Source of the DNA: Granulicella sp.
GTDB taxonomy: Bacteria > Acidobacteriota > Terriglobia > Terriglobales > Acidobacteriaceae
Reading direction: 5' to 3'
NCBI GenBank assembly: GCA_027339965.1
Contig: DAHWNL010000070.1
Coordinates: 1-64,000 of the forward strand
DNA: 64,000 bases
Below the pieces are notes generated by a model. It was not told where the DNA came from. It searched no databases and saw only the letters and a list, made by a program, of their open reading frames with translations. Below are positions 51,640 through 60,428 of this stretch, piece by piece; position 1 is the stretch's first letter; every line of letters starts with the position of its first letter. The position numbers and the translations under genes were made by a program.

Positions 51640-51682
51640 ACTATATAAGAAATATAGAATATTCTGATGTATATTTTACTGT
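51640..51682 (+). promoter_or_regulatory. AT-rich promoter/operator of the ArsR-Ehr operon
   Basis: ATATAAGAAATATAGAATATTCTGATGTATATT in GC-rich context; palindrome AGAATATTCT; TATATT 7 nt before ATG. Confidence 0.6.
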
Positions 51683-52069
51683 ATGCAGAATGCTCTTCGC
51701 CGTTTCAAGGCTGACATCTTCCAGGCGCTGGCACATCCCACGCGGATCGCCATCATCGAGCTGCTATCTGGCGGAGAACTCTCCGCCGGTGAGCTGATTG
51801 AGAGGTTGGGGATGGAGCAGGCGAACGTCTCCCAGCATCTGGCCGTTCTGCGCGCCAAGCACCTGGTGGCCAATCGCAAGGCAGGAAACCAGGTCTTCTA
51901 TGTGGTCCGGGATCCGGTCATCTTTGAGGTGCTGGCGCTGATGCGCCTTTACTTCCAGAAGAACATTCAGGAGGCCATGGAGATGCTCGATGAGATGGAT
52001 AAGACGGTGCGCCTTGCAGGGCCTGGCGAAGATTCAGGGTCCTCGGTGATCCAGGGAGGCGAGATCTGA
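51683..52069 (+). CDS. ArsR/SmtB family transcriptional regulator
   Basis: KADIFQALAHPTRIAIIELL, ANVSQHLAVLR, RKAGNQVFY; no Cys residues. Confidence 0.92.
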   Translation: MQNALRRFKADIFQALAHPTRIAIIELLSGGELSAGELIERLGMEQANVSQHLAVLRAKHLVANRKAGNQVFYVVRDPVIFEVLALMRLYFQKNIQEAMEMLDEMDKTVRLAGPGEDSGSSVIQGGEI

Positions 52070-54144
52070 CCTTATCCATCCTTCACGCCATCCTTGCCTT
52101 CAGCCCTTTCAGAGCAGCTGGTCCGGACGGTGCTCTGCACCGTCTGCTGTGGCTGATTGCCGCCTGGTTGCTGATTGGAGTCGCCTGCATGTTGCGCCCC
52201 CGCAGTCTGCGCTATGTGGCTCATTGGTTATTTCCGTTGGGAGCGTTGGTTGCGCTGGGCATCGCACTGATTGCGGGCCGATTTCTGGCCGCGGCGCCGA
52301 TGGCGCCTCACGCCGCCGGCATGGCGGCGCAGACGCAGATTCTTCCTCTGGGTTTGCCCGATCTGCCCTTCCATCTGCGCCTGGATGCGCTCTCTGGATT
52401 CTTTCTGTTACTGCTGGGTCTGGCCGGCGCTGGCATCTCCACGTTTGCGGCGGGCTACTTTCGATCCGGCACGGGTTCGGCGCCGGGCCTGCTTGGTCTG
52501 CAGTATCACCTCTTCCTTGTCGGCATGGCCCTGGTGATTCTGGCGGATGACGCCTATCTCTTCATGGTGGCCTGGGAGACGATGGCGCTCAGCTCCTATT
52601 TTCTGGTCACCAGCCAGCACCGCATTCCAGAGATCCGCCGCGCCGGCTTTCTCTATCTGGTGATGGCTCATGTGGGGGCGATCTCCATTCTGCTTTGCTT
52701 CGGCGTGATGCAAGGGGGGAGTTGGCAGTTCAGCTTCCAGGCCATGCGCAGCGCCAGACTTACCCCGTTCTGGGCCAGTGCGGCCTTTCTGCTAGCGCTG
52801 TTGGGGTTTGGCGCCAAGGCTGGACTGGTTCCGATGCACGTTTGGCTGCCGGAGGCGCATCCTGCGGCGCCCTCGCCGGTGTCGGCCATGATGAGCGGTC
52901 TGATGTTGAAGACGGCGATCTACGGAGTGTTGCGGGTGAGCTTCGATCTACTGCAAGTTCGCTTGTGGCAGTGGGGAGCCTTGACCCTGGCGCTGGGGCT
53001 TTTTTCGGCCATCTTTGGGGCGATCTTTGCCGCGGTGCAGACGGATATGAAGCGGCTGCTGGCTTACTCCTCGATTGAGAACGTCGGACTGATCTTTACT
53101 GGCATCGGTCTGGCCATTCTCTTTGATGCCTCCGGAATGCCTCTGTTCGCTGCGCTCGCGCTTACAGCCGCTCTGGTTCATGCTCTGAACCACGCGTTCT
53201 TCAAGAGCCTGCTGTTTCTGGCTACCGGCTCGGTGCTGCATTCCACTCAGCAGAGGCTGCTGGGCAAGCTGGGGGGCCTGATCCGCTCCATGCCCTGGGT
53301 GGCGATTCTCACCCTGGTGGGAACGTTGGCCATCGCCGGCCTGCCGCCGCTGAACGGATTTGTTTCCGAGTGGCTGCTGCTGCAGTCCTTCCTGTTCACG
53401 CCGCAGATCCCGCACGCATTTCTCAATATGCTGATTCCCACAGGCGCTGCGGCGCTGGCGCTGATCCTGGCGCTGGCGGCCTATGTGATGGTGAAGTTCT
53501 ATGGCGTGATCTTTCTGGGCCAGCCGCGTGAACCCTCCCTGACCCAGGCGCATGACGCCAACTGGATGGAGCGGCTGGGACTGGGCTGGCTGGCCCTGGG
53601 TTGCATCCTGATTGGAGTTTTGCCCCGGCTGGCGTTGCGGGCTTCGAACGCGGTCACCGGCAGCCTGCTGGGAGCCAGGGTTCACGATGGCTCTTTTCCC
53701 TGGACCATTGCCCCGGTCGCCGCGGAGCAGGCCTCTTACAGCGGATTGATCTTCTTCGTTGTCATCGTTGCCGTGGTGGGCGTCACCTTCCTTCTGGTGC
53801 GGCTGCTGGCCCATGGACGCGTTCGCCGCACCCCGGCCTGGGACTGCGGATATCCGTGGCAGACCTCGCGCATGCAGGATACGGCGGAGGGGTTTGGGCA
53901 GCCGATACGGCATATGTTTGGGGCCTTCTTCCATATGGAGCGCGAATTGCCGTCTCCCTCCGATCCTGCTCCGCAGTACCGCATTCACGTCGAGGACAGG
54001 CTTTGGCGCGCGATCTATCAGCCCATTGCCCGCACGGTGCAATGGCTGGCAGACAAGATCGGCGTTTTGCAGGGCGGCAGGCTCGCCATCTATCTGCTGT
54101 ACAGCTTTTTGACCCTTCTGGTGCTGCTGGTGTTTGTGCTATGA
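52066..54144 (+). CDS. hyfB: Ehr/hydrogenase-4 antiporter-like membrane subunit (HyfB-like); probable CTG start
   Basis: AWETMAL, KAGLVPMHVWLPEAHPAAP, DMKRLLAYSSIEN, PPLNGFVSEW, WDCG; frame open back to CTG 52066, which overlaps the ArsR stop and follows GGGAGG. Confidence 0.88.
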   Translation: MTLSILHAILAFSPFRAAGPDGALHRLLWLIAAWLLIGVACMLRPRSLRYVAHWLFPLGALVALGIALIAGRFLAAAPMAPHAAGMAAQTQILPLGLPDLPFHLRLDALSGFFLLLLGLAGAGISTFAAGYFRSGTGSAPGLLGLQYHLFLVGMALVILADDAYLFMVAWETMALSSYFLVTSQHRIPEIRRAGFLYLVMAHVGAISILLCFGVMQGGSWQFSFQAMRSARLTPFWASAAFLLALLGFGAKAGLVPMHVWLPEAHPAAPSPVSAMMSGLMLKTAIYGVLRVSFDLLQVRLWQWGALTLALGLFSAIFGAIFAAVQTDMKRLLAYSSIENVGLIFTGIGLAILFDASGMPLFAALALTAALVHALNHAFFKSLLFLATGSVLHSTQQRLLGKLGGLIRSMPWVAILTLVGTLAIAGLPPLNGFVSEWLLLQSFLFTPQIPHAFLNMLIPTGAAALALILALAAYVMVKFYGVIFLGQPREPSLTQAHDANWMERLGLGWLALGCILIGVLPRLALRASNAVTGSLLGARVHDGSFPWTIAPVAAEQASYSGLIFFVVIVAVVGVTFLLVRLLAHGRVRRTPAWDCGYPWQTSRMQDTAEGFGQPIRHMFGAFFHMERELPSPSDPAPQYRIHVEDRLWRAIYQPIARTVQWLADKIGVLQGGRLAIYLLYSFLTLLVLLVFVL

Positions 54145-55118
54145 GGATGATCTCCTTTATCTGGCAGTTCGGAGAGGTTGCGCTGGCGGTGGCTATTGCC
54201 CCCTTGTTCACTGGGTGGATTGCGCAGTGCCGAGCCTGGATGCAGAATCGGTCGGCGCCGCCACTAACGCTCCCCTACCAGGTGCTGGGCAAGCTGTTTC
54301 GCAAGGATGCGGCCTTGGCCACCGACGCCTCGGGGCTATTTCGCACCACCCCCTACATCCTGTTTGGGACCATGGTGCTGGCCGCGGCGATCATTCCTTC
54401 ACTGGCTACCGATCTGCCCTTCGCCCGGGCGGCCGATGCGATCGCCCTGGTCGGGCTCTTTGCTACCTCGCGGGTCTTCCTTTCATTAGCGGCGATGGAT
54501 GTTGGCACGGCTTTTGGAAGCATGGGCGCACGGCGCGAGATGATGATCGGATTCCTGGCCGAACCCGCGCTGCTGATGGTTCTCTTCAACGCGTTTTTGC
54601 TCTATCGGACAACGGCCTTACCGAGTCTGGTAGACGAGTACGCAACTCACCACCAGGGGATGGACCCCAGCGTGATCTTTGCCGCGGTGGCTTTTCTGAT
54701 GGTGCTGCTGGCCGAGAACGGACGCATTCCCATCGACAACCCGGCGACCCATCTGGAACTGACGATGATCCACGAAGCCATGCTGCTGGAGTACTCGGCG
54801 CGGCATCTGGCGCTGGTGGAGTGGGCCTCCAGTCTCAAGCTCTTGAACTACGCCTGCATCGGATTCGCACTGTTTGTGCCCTGGGGCATTGCAACCCACG
54901 GAGCTACGCCGGGATTGGGTGGAGCGGCCATGCTGCTGATCGCCATTCTCGCGCTGGGGGTCAAGTTGGTTATCAGCGGAGCTGTGTTGGCACTCATCGA
55001 ATCACTTTCGGCCAAACTGCGCCTCTTCCGCGCGCCGGAGTATATGGCCACCGCTTTTCTGGTGGCCGTGCTGGGGCTGCTGGTCCATCTTCTTTTGGGG
55101 GCCAATGTCCATGGTTAG
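54141..55118 (+). CDS. hyfC: NuoH/HyfC-like membrane subunit
   Basis: AFGSMGARRE, AEPAL, LAENGRIPIDNPATHLELTMIHEAMLLEYS. Confidence 0.88.
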   Translation: MRMISFIWQFGEVALAVAIAPLFTGWIAQCRAWMQNRSAPPLTLPYQVLGKLFRKDAALATDASGLFRTTPYILFGTMVLAAAIIPSLATDLPFARAADAIALVGLFATSRVFLSLAAMDVGTAFGSMGARREMMIGFLAEPALLMVLFNAFLLYRTTALPSLVDEYATHHQGMDPSVIFAAVAFLMVLLAENGRIPIDNPATHLELTMIHEAMLLEYSARHLALVEWASSLKLLNYACIGFALFVPWGIATHGATPGLGGAAMLLIAILALGVKLVISGAVLALIESLSAKLRLFRAPEYMATAFLVAVLGLLVHLLLGANVHG

Positions 55119-55776
55119 ATCGCACCTGATCGCTGAGCTTTTGAATCTGCTGGCGGCCGGCCTGCTGCTGCTCTCGTTTTCCATGCTCTCCCGCCGCCGG
55201 ACCCAACGTCTGATCAATCTCTATGCCTGGCAGGGCTCTATTCTCTTCCTCTCTACGTGCCTGGTGGCCTATGATGCCGGTCTCAAGGAGCTTTGGTACT
55301 CGGCTATGCTCACGCTGCTACTCAAGGTGATTCTTCTGCCGGTGATTCTGCATCGACTGATCCAGCGGCTGCGAGCGCAGTGGGACACGGAGCCGGTGGT
55401 CAATATTCCTGTCACCATGCTGGCCGGGCTGGGGTTGGTCATCTTCGCCTTTGGGCTGGCGGAGCCGATCAGCCATCTGGCCACCACCATTACACGCAAT
55501 ACTCTCGGCATTGCGCTGGCGGTAATTTTGCTCTCGTTTCTGATGATGATCACGCGCCGCAAGGCCATCACGCAGGTCATCGGATTCCTGGCCATGGAGA
55601 ATGGCCTGTTCTTTGCGGCGACCAGCGCAACGTACGGCATGCCTATGGTGATTGAACTGGGGATCGCGCTGGATGTGCTGGTTGGCGTCTTCATTCTCGG
55701 TATCTTCTTCTTCCAGATTCGGGAGCAATTTGACAGCCTGGACCTACACCACCTGGAGTCGCTGAAGGACGAATAA
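55105..55776 (+). CDS. hyfE: HyfE-like membrane subunit
   Basis: Multi-TM; QVIGFLAMENGLF, GMPMVIELG..LDV. Confidence 0.85.
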   Translation: MSMVRSHLIAELLNLLAAGLLLLSFSMLSRRRTQRLINLYAWQGSILFLSTCLVAYDAGLKELWYSAMLTLLLKVILLPVILHRLIQRLRAQWDTEPVVNIPVTMLAGLGLVIFAFGLAEPISHLATTITRNTLGIALAVILLSFLMMITRRKAITQVIGFLAMENGLFFAATSATYGMPMVIELGIALDVLVGVFILGIFFFQIREQFDSLDLHHLESLKDE

Positions 55777-55791
55777 GTTGGGAGACCTCCA

Positions 55792-57246
55792 TTGGAACTT
55801 TTGCTGATTCTCGGATTGCCGTTGCTGGGAACGCTCCTTCTGGCGCTGGTCGGAGCTCGGCGCTATGCGGCAGAGCTGAACGTCGTCATCAGCCTGGCCA
55901 CCCTGCTTGCGGCCGGTTTTCTGGTACTGCGCGTGATCCGTTTCGGCCCTCTGCTGGTTTGGCATGAGCAGTTTCTGGTGGACCCCTTCAACGTGTTTCT
56001 GGTCGCGCTCACTGCCTTTGTGGGTTTCACCACGGCAATCTTCTCGCGGCCCTACATGCGCATTGAGCAACATCACGGACGCCTGAATCCCCTCCGCCTG
56101 CGCCTTTATCACAGCATGTACCAGCTCTTCATGGCGGCCATGCTGCTGGCCCTGCTCACCAACAACATGGGCCTGCTCTGGGTCGCGATGGAGGCGGCTA
56201 CGCTCTCCACGGTGCTGCTGGTCTCGCTCTACCGCACCAAGGCCAGCCTGGAGGCGGCCTGGAAGTACTTCATCCTCTGCGGCGTAGGGATTGCGCAGGC
56301 TCTGTTCGGCACCATCCTGCTCTACTTTGCCGCCGAGCAGACGCTGGGCCGCGAGGGCATGACTGCCCTGCTGTGGACCCATTTGAATGCAGTCAAAGGG
56401 CACCTGGAGCCCCGGGTGCTGGCGCTTGCCATGGTCTTTTTGCTGGTAGGCTACGGCACCAAGGTCGGCCTGGTTCCGTTGCATAGCTGGCTGCCGGATG
56501 CTCACGCCGAGGGACCGACGCCTGTCTCGGCGGTTCTCTCCGGCCTTCTGTTGAACGTAGCTCTGTACGCCGTGGTTCGCTGCAAGGTGCTGGTGGAGGG
56601 TGCGATCGGCCCCACCCTTCCGGGGCGCATGCTGATGGGTTTTGGGCTGGTCACCGCGCTGCTGGCTGCATTCTTTCTATGGAGGCAGCGCGATATCAAG
56701 CGCCTCTTCGCCTACTCTTCCATCGAGCACATGGGCATTATCACCTTCGCCTTTGGAATCGGCGGCCCTATTGCGAACTTCGCGGCCCTGCTGCATATGA
56801 CGGTACACTCGCTGACCAAGAGCTCGATCTTCTTTACCGCAGGACACGCCACGCAGACCGCCGGTACGCAGCGGATGGAAGAGATCCGCGGGATGGTGAA
56901 CATCAGTCCGACCATCGGGTGGGGCCTGATGCTGGGATCGATTGCCATTCTCGGAGTGCCTCCCTTTGGCGTGTTTGCCAGCGAGTTTTTGATTCTTACT
57001 ACCGCCATGCGCGAATATCCCTGGACCACGCCGCTTCTGCTCATCGCCCTGGCCATGGCGTTTGCAGCCATCTTCAGCAAGGTGCAACCGATGGTCTTTG
57101 GAGAGAGTGACTCGCCGCCGCTGCCGCACTCCCCGGCCCTGACCCCGGTGTTTGTTCATCTGGGCATGGTGCTGATGCTGGGGCTGTTCATGCCTCATGC
57201 GCTGGCATCCTGGTATCGGTCCGCAGCGCGGCTGATCGGAGGTTGA
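55792..57246 (+). CDS. hyfF: HyfF-like antiporter-type membrane subunit
   Basis: WVAMEAATL, EAAWKYFIL, GTKVGLVPLHSWLPDAHAEGP, KRLFAYSSIEHMG, PPFGVFASE. Confidence 0.88.
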   Translation: MELLLILGLPLLGTLLLALVGARRYAAELNVVISLATLLAAGFLVLRVIRFGPLLVWHEQFLVDPFNVFLVALTAFVGFTTAIFSRPYMRIEQHHGRLNPLRLRLYHSMYQLFMAAMLLALLTNNMGLLWVAMEAATLSTVLLVSLYRTKASLEAAWKYFILCGVGIAQALFGTILLYFAAEQTLGREGMTALLWTHLNAVKGHLEPRVLALAMVFLLVGYGTKVGLVPLHSWLPDAHAEGPTPVSAVLSGLLLNVALYAVVRCKVLVEGAIGPTLPGRMLMGFGLVTALLAAFFLWRQRDIKRLFAYSSIEHMGIITFAFGIGGPIANFAALLHMTVHSLTKSSIFFTAGHATQTAGTQRMEEIRGMVNISPTIGWGLMLGSIAILGVPPFGVFASEFLILTTAMREYPWTTPLLLIALAMAFAAIFSKVQPMVFGESDSPPLPHSPALTPVFVHLGMVLMLGLFMPHALASWYRSAARLIGG

Positions 57247-57302
57247 GCACAGGATGGGCCGGGCTTCCGGGCCGGCGAGGGGCAACGAAGTATGGAGAGA
57301 TT

Positions 57303-58919
57303 ATGGAGCAGGAAGAGTTAAGGCTGCGAGGCACGGATCTATCCTCGAACGTCGAGTGCCGTAGGCTGTGCGTGGACCGGGAGCAGTGGCTTCAGACGGT
57401 GAAGGAACTGAGCGGTTCCGCGGCTCGGCTGCTGTCCCTATGGGGAGCCGATGATCGCGACTGCGATGGCTGCTTCCGCACCTATGCCGCCTGGCTTCTG
57501 CCCGGCAGCGTGCTGGTGTTGGAGCATCCGATCCACGCCGGCGGACTGGACGCCGCGACGGCTCCGAGCTACCCCGGTCTGGCCCGATTTTTCCCCTCGG
57601 CCCGGCGAATGCAGCGTGCTTTGCACGATCTGCTGGGAGTGGTGGCCGAAGAAGAAGTGAATGACGAGCGAGGCTGGCTTCGCCATGGAGGCTGGCCGGA
57701 AGATCTATATCCCCTGCGCCGCGACGTCGATGGCCATCAGTCTTATCCGGTTGTCTCCGCGGCGTATCCCTTCACCATCGTGCAGGGTGATGGAGTGCAT
57801 GAGATCGCGGTGGGTCCGGTGCATGCGGGGACCATTGAGCCAGGACACTTCCGGTTCTCAGTGGTGGGAGAAAAGATGCTGCGGCTTGAGGAGCGGCTGG
57901 GCTATACCCACAAGGGCGTGGCCCGGCGCTTTGCGGAGCTGCCGCAACAGGAGGGCCACCGCCTGGCGGCACGCCTCTCTGGAGACTCTGCCGTCGCCTT
58001 CTCCTGGGCTTACTGCGCGGCTTTAGAGTCCATCACCGAAACGCCGTGTCCTGCCCGGGCGACCCTGTTGCGCGCCCTGGCCCTTGAGCATGAGCGCGTG
58101 GCCAATCATCTGGGTGACATTGGAGCCATCGGCAACGACGCCGGCTTTGCCTTTGGCCTCACCCAGTTCTCCCGGCTGAAGGAAGATCTTCTGCGGGCGA
58201 ACCGCTCCGTGTTCGGAGCGCGTTACCTGATGGATTATATTTTGCCGGGCGGTGTGGCGGCAGACCTGCCGCAGCAGGCTCACAGCCTGCTGCTGAATGT
58301 GTATCGCAGTCTTGAGGAGGGAGTTCTGGGCATGCGCGCCATCTATGGTGAGCATGCGGGCCTCCGGGATCGCTTGCACGAGACGGGACGTCTGGACCGC
58401 GAGATTGCGGAACGCATGGGAGCGCTCGGGCTCTCGGCACGAGCATCCGGCATCGCCTGCGATCTGCGCGGGGACCATCCCTGGGCGCCTTATGACAAGA
58501 TTCTCCAGAAGCTACCTGACAAGGCGCCTCTTTGGCCGATCACGAATCCTGACGGCGACGTCGCCGCCCGGGTGCAGGTGCGGTTCGAGGAGACCCTGCA
58601 AAGCCTCGAGTTGTGCCGTGTGCTTCTGGAAGAGATCTCTTCCCCTGCGCTATCCGGTCCGGCGCAGAGATCGGTGCAGGCGGCCCTGCCCGTCGCCGCG
58701 CCTTACCGTCTGGGGTTGGGTTTGATTGAAGCCTGGAGAGGGCCGGTGATGGTCGCTCTGAAGACCGGTCCAGACGGCTCCATCCGGCGTTGCCACGCGC
58801 ATGATTCCTCCTGGCAGAATTGGCCGTTTCTGGAGTTTGCGATTTTGGGCAACATTGTGCCCGACTTTCCCTTGATCAACAAATCTTTCAATTTGTCCTA
58901 TAGCGGACAAGACGGGTGA
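57303..58919 (+). CDS. NuoCD/HyfG-like large subunit lacking NiFe ligands (Ehr large subunit); alternative TTG start 57243
   Basis: VGPVHAGTIEPGHFRF, LGYTHKG; RLSGDSAVA in place of RxCGxC; ends DFPLINKSFNLSYSGQDG in place of DPCxxC. Confidence 0.88.
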   Translation: MEQEELRLRGTDLSSNVECRRLCVDREQWLQTVKELSGSAARLLSLWGADDRDCDGCFRTYAAWLLPGSVLVLEHPIHAGGLDAATAPSYPGLARFFPSARRMQRALHDLLGVVAEEEVNDERGWLRHGGWPEDLYPLRRDVDGHQSYPVVSAAYPFTIVQGDGVHEIAVGPVHAGTIEPGHFRFSVVGEKMLRLEERLGYTHKGVARRFAELPQQEGHRLAARLSGDSAVAFSWAYCAALESITETPCPARATLLRALALEHERVANHLGDIGAIGNDAGFAFGLTQFSRLKEDLLRANRSVFGARYLMDYILPGGVAADLPQQAHSLLLNVYRSLEEGVLGMRAIYGEHAGLRDRLHETGRLDREIAERMGALGLSARASGIACDLRGDHPWAPYDKILQKLPDKAPLWPITNPDGDVAARVQVRFEETLQSLELCRVLLEEISSPALSGPAQRSVQAALPVAAPYRLGLGLIEAWRGPVMVALKTGPDGSIRRCHAHDSSWQNWPFLEFAILGNIVPDFPLINKSFNLSYSGQDG

Positions 58920-58926
58920 GGCGACG

Positions 58927-59445
58927 ATGATCGATGTTCTGACGCGCATGCTGCGCACGGGAGTCCTGGCCGAGCCTGGAATCAGCCCAGAAGAAGCGGC
59001 ATCTACGGCTGAAATCCTGCAGGGCAGCCTTTATGGTCTGTTGGGACGCGCACTCTCGATCCGGCATGTGGACGCGGGCTCCTGCAACGGCTGCGAGTTG
59101 GAGATCGCAGCTTTGCATAACCCCTACTACAATCTGGAGGGGAAGGGAGTTCATTTTGTCGCCAGCCCTCGTCACGCTGATCTGCTGTTGGTGACCGGAC
59201 CGGTTTCGGTCAATATGGAAGAGGCGCTGAAGCGCACCTATGCGGCTGTTCCCGATCCCAAGCTGGTGATCGCCTTGGGAGATTGCGCCTCCTGTGGCGG
59301 AGTCTTCGGGCAGAATTATGCCAGCCGTGGCGCGATCGCCAACGTGATCCCTGTGCATCTCACCATTCCCGGCTGCCCACCGGATCCTGTCGCCATCCTG
59401 GCGGGCATCCTGAAGGCGGTTCGCACCATCCGGCTTACCGCTTGA
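58927..59445 (+). CDS. NuoB/HyfI-like small Fe-S subunit
   Basis: GSCNGCELE, SPRHAD, GDCA, PGCPP. Confidence 0.9.
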   Translation: MIDVLTRMLRTGVLAEPGISPEEAASTAEILQGSLYGLLGRALSIRHVDAGSCNGCELEIAALHNPYYNLEGKGVHFVASPRHADLLLVTGPVSVNMEEALKRTYAAVPDPKLVIALGDCASCGGVFGQNYASRGAIANVIPVHLTIPGCPPDPVAILAGILKAVRTIRLTA

Positions 59446-59721
59446 AGCTGAAGAGTTGCGTGCTGAAGCTCAGGGTTTGTTGCAGGTTTCCTGAAGAATG
59501 CCCTGCGGCGGGTCCAGTCCAGGTTGAGACAAAAAGGGTGCGGAACTATGCGGCCATTCGCCGACGGGCTCGGCGTCGTTCCGCTGCATGGTCTCCTCCT
59601 GCTTGACCAGACGAAGCCCGCCAGCAGACGTCCTTCGGGCCGGGCGCTCTGCGACAGAACAAAAACCTGTAGCCAGCCAGTTGCCGAACAAACCACGCGC
59701 TCTGGGAGGTACAATTCCACC

Positions 59722-60096
59722 ATGCCGCTAAGCGCAAGCATAGAGAACCTTCCCAAAGGGATTGCCGTCGTCTCCCTCTCCGGGCGCCTGACGCTGGGGA
59801 ACTCCCTGAAGATCGCAGACTCGCAGATTCAGGCTACGATTGAAGATGGTGTGAGCCGGTTGGTGATGGACCTGACCGACGTCGAATATATGGATAGCGC
59901 CGGCCTGGGTATGCTGATGGTGGCCTATGGCCTGGTGAATGAAAAGAAAGGCTCGCTTCGCCTTTGTGGCGTGGCGCCCCGCGTGATGTCTCTGTTTCAG
60001 ATGACTCGTACCGATGGGCTCCTGCCCATTGATCAAACCCGTGAGGATAGTCTCGCAGTGCTGCGTGGACAGAGCGATTCGCCGATCCATAATTAG
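59722..60096 (+). CDS. STAS domain protein (anti-sigma factor antagonist)
   Basis: LSGRLTLG, DLTDVEYMDSAGLGML; TACAAT 6 nt before ATG. Confidence 0.9.
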   Translation: MPLSASIENLPKGIAVVSLSGRLTLGNSLKIADSQIQATIEDGVSRLVMDLTDVEYMDSAGLGMLMVAYGLVNEKKGSLRLCGVAPRVMSLFQMTRTDGLLPIDQTREDSLAVLRGQSDSPIHN

Positions 60097-60313
60097 ACAC
60101 GCAGGCGGGTCTACCGCATTCTCAGTGCAGGTGTAGCCCGATGCGGGCCATGGAAGATGGTGGATGGCGTCAGCAACGTGGCTGGACATCAAGAAGCAAG
60201 TGGGCAGCGGCATCTTCCATTCACTCCAGCAGCCAAGCCCTCCGGGGCGCTTAAGTTGGAGATGACCCTCATCAAGGTTCAGGCTTTGGGCTACATCTCT
60301 TCTGAAAACTCTC

Positions 60314-60428
60314 TATAGCATTTTCAGTGTTGATGGGCGTCCCGAAGAGGGCTTACAGTGGCGTTTTCATTGGGGAAAACGCCCATAGAAGTCGAAGCAT
60401 TGTGTACACCTACACTGAAACTGCTCTA
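60314..60428 (-). mobile_element. MITE-like 115-bp element, copy 2 (better preserved)
   Basis: 17-bp terminal inverted repeats TAGAGCAGTTTCAGTGT / TATAGCATTTTCAGTGT (15/17), TA at both ends, internal hairpin; overlaps the TAG stop of the YXWGXW gene. Confidence 0.7.

Noticed and set aside
53601..54140. ORF-track 505-aa version of hyfC
   Set aside because: The extension overlaps hyfB in another frame; ATG 54141 overlapping the hyfB stop is the natural start
52066..59445. Annotation as a functional formate hydrogenlyase / NiFe hydrogenase-4
   Set aside because: Both CxxC NiFe motifs are absent and no maturation genes are present
59472..59680. Imperfect inverted repeat (GGTTTGTTGCAGGTTT / AAACCTGTAGCCAGCC) bounding ~200 bp after the Ehr operon
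   Set aside because: 12/16 match only and no second copy in the window; cannot be distinguished from chance
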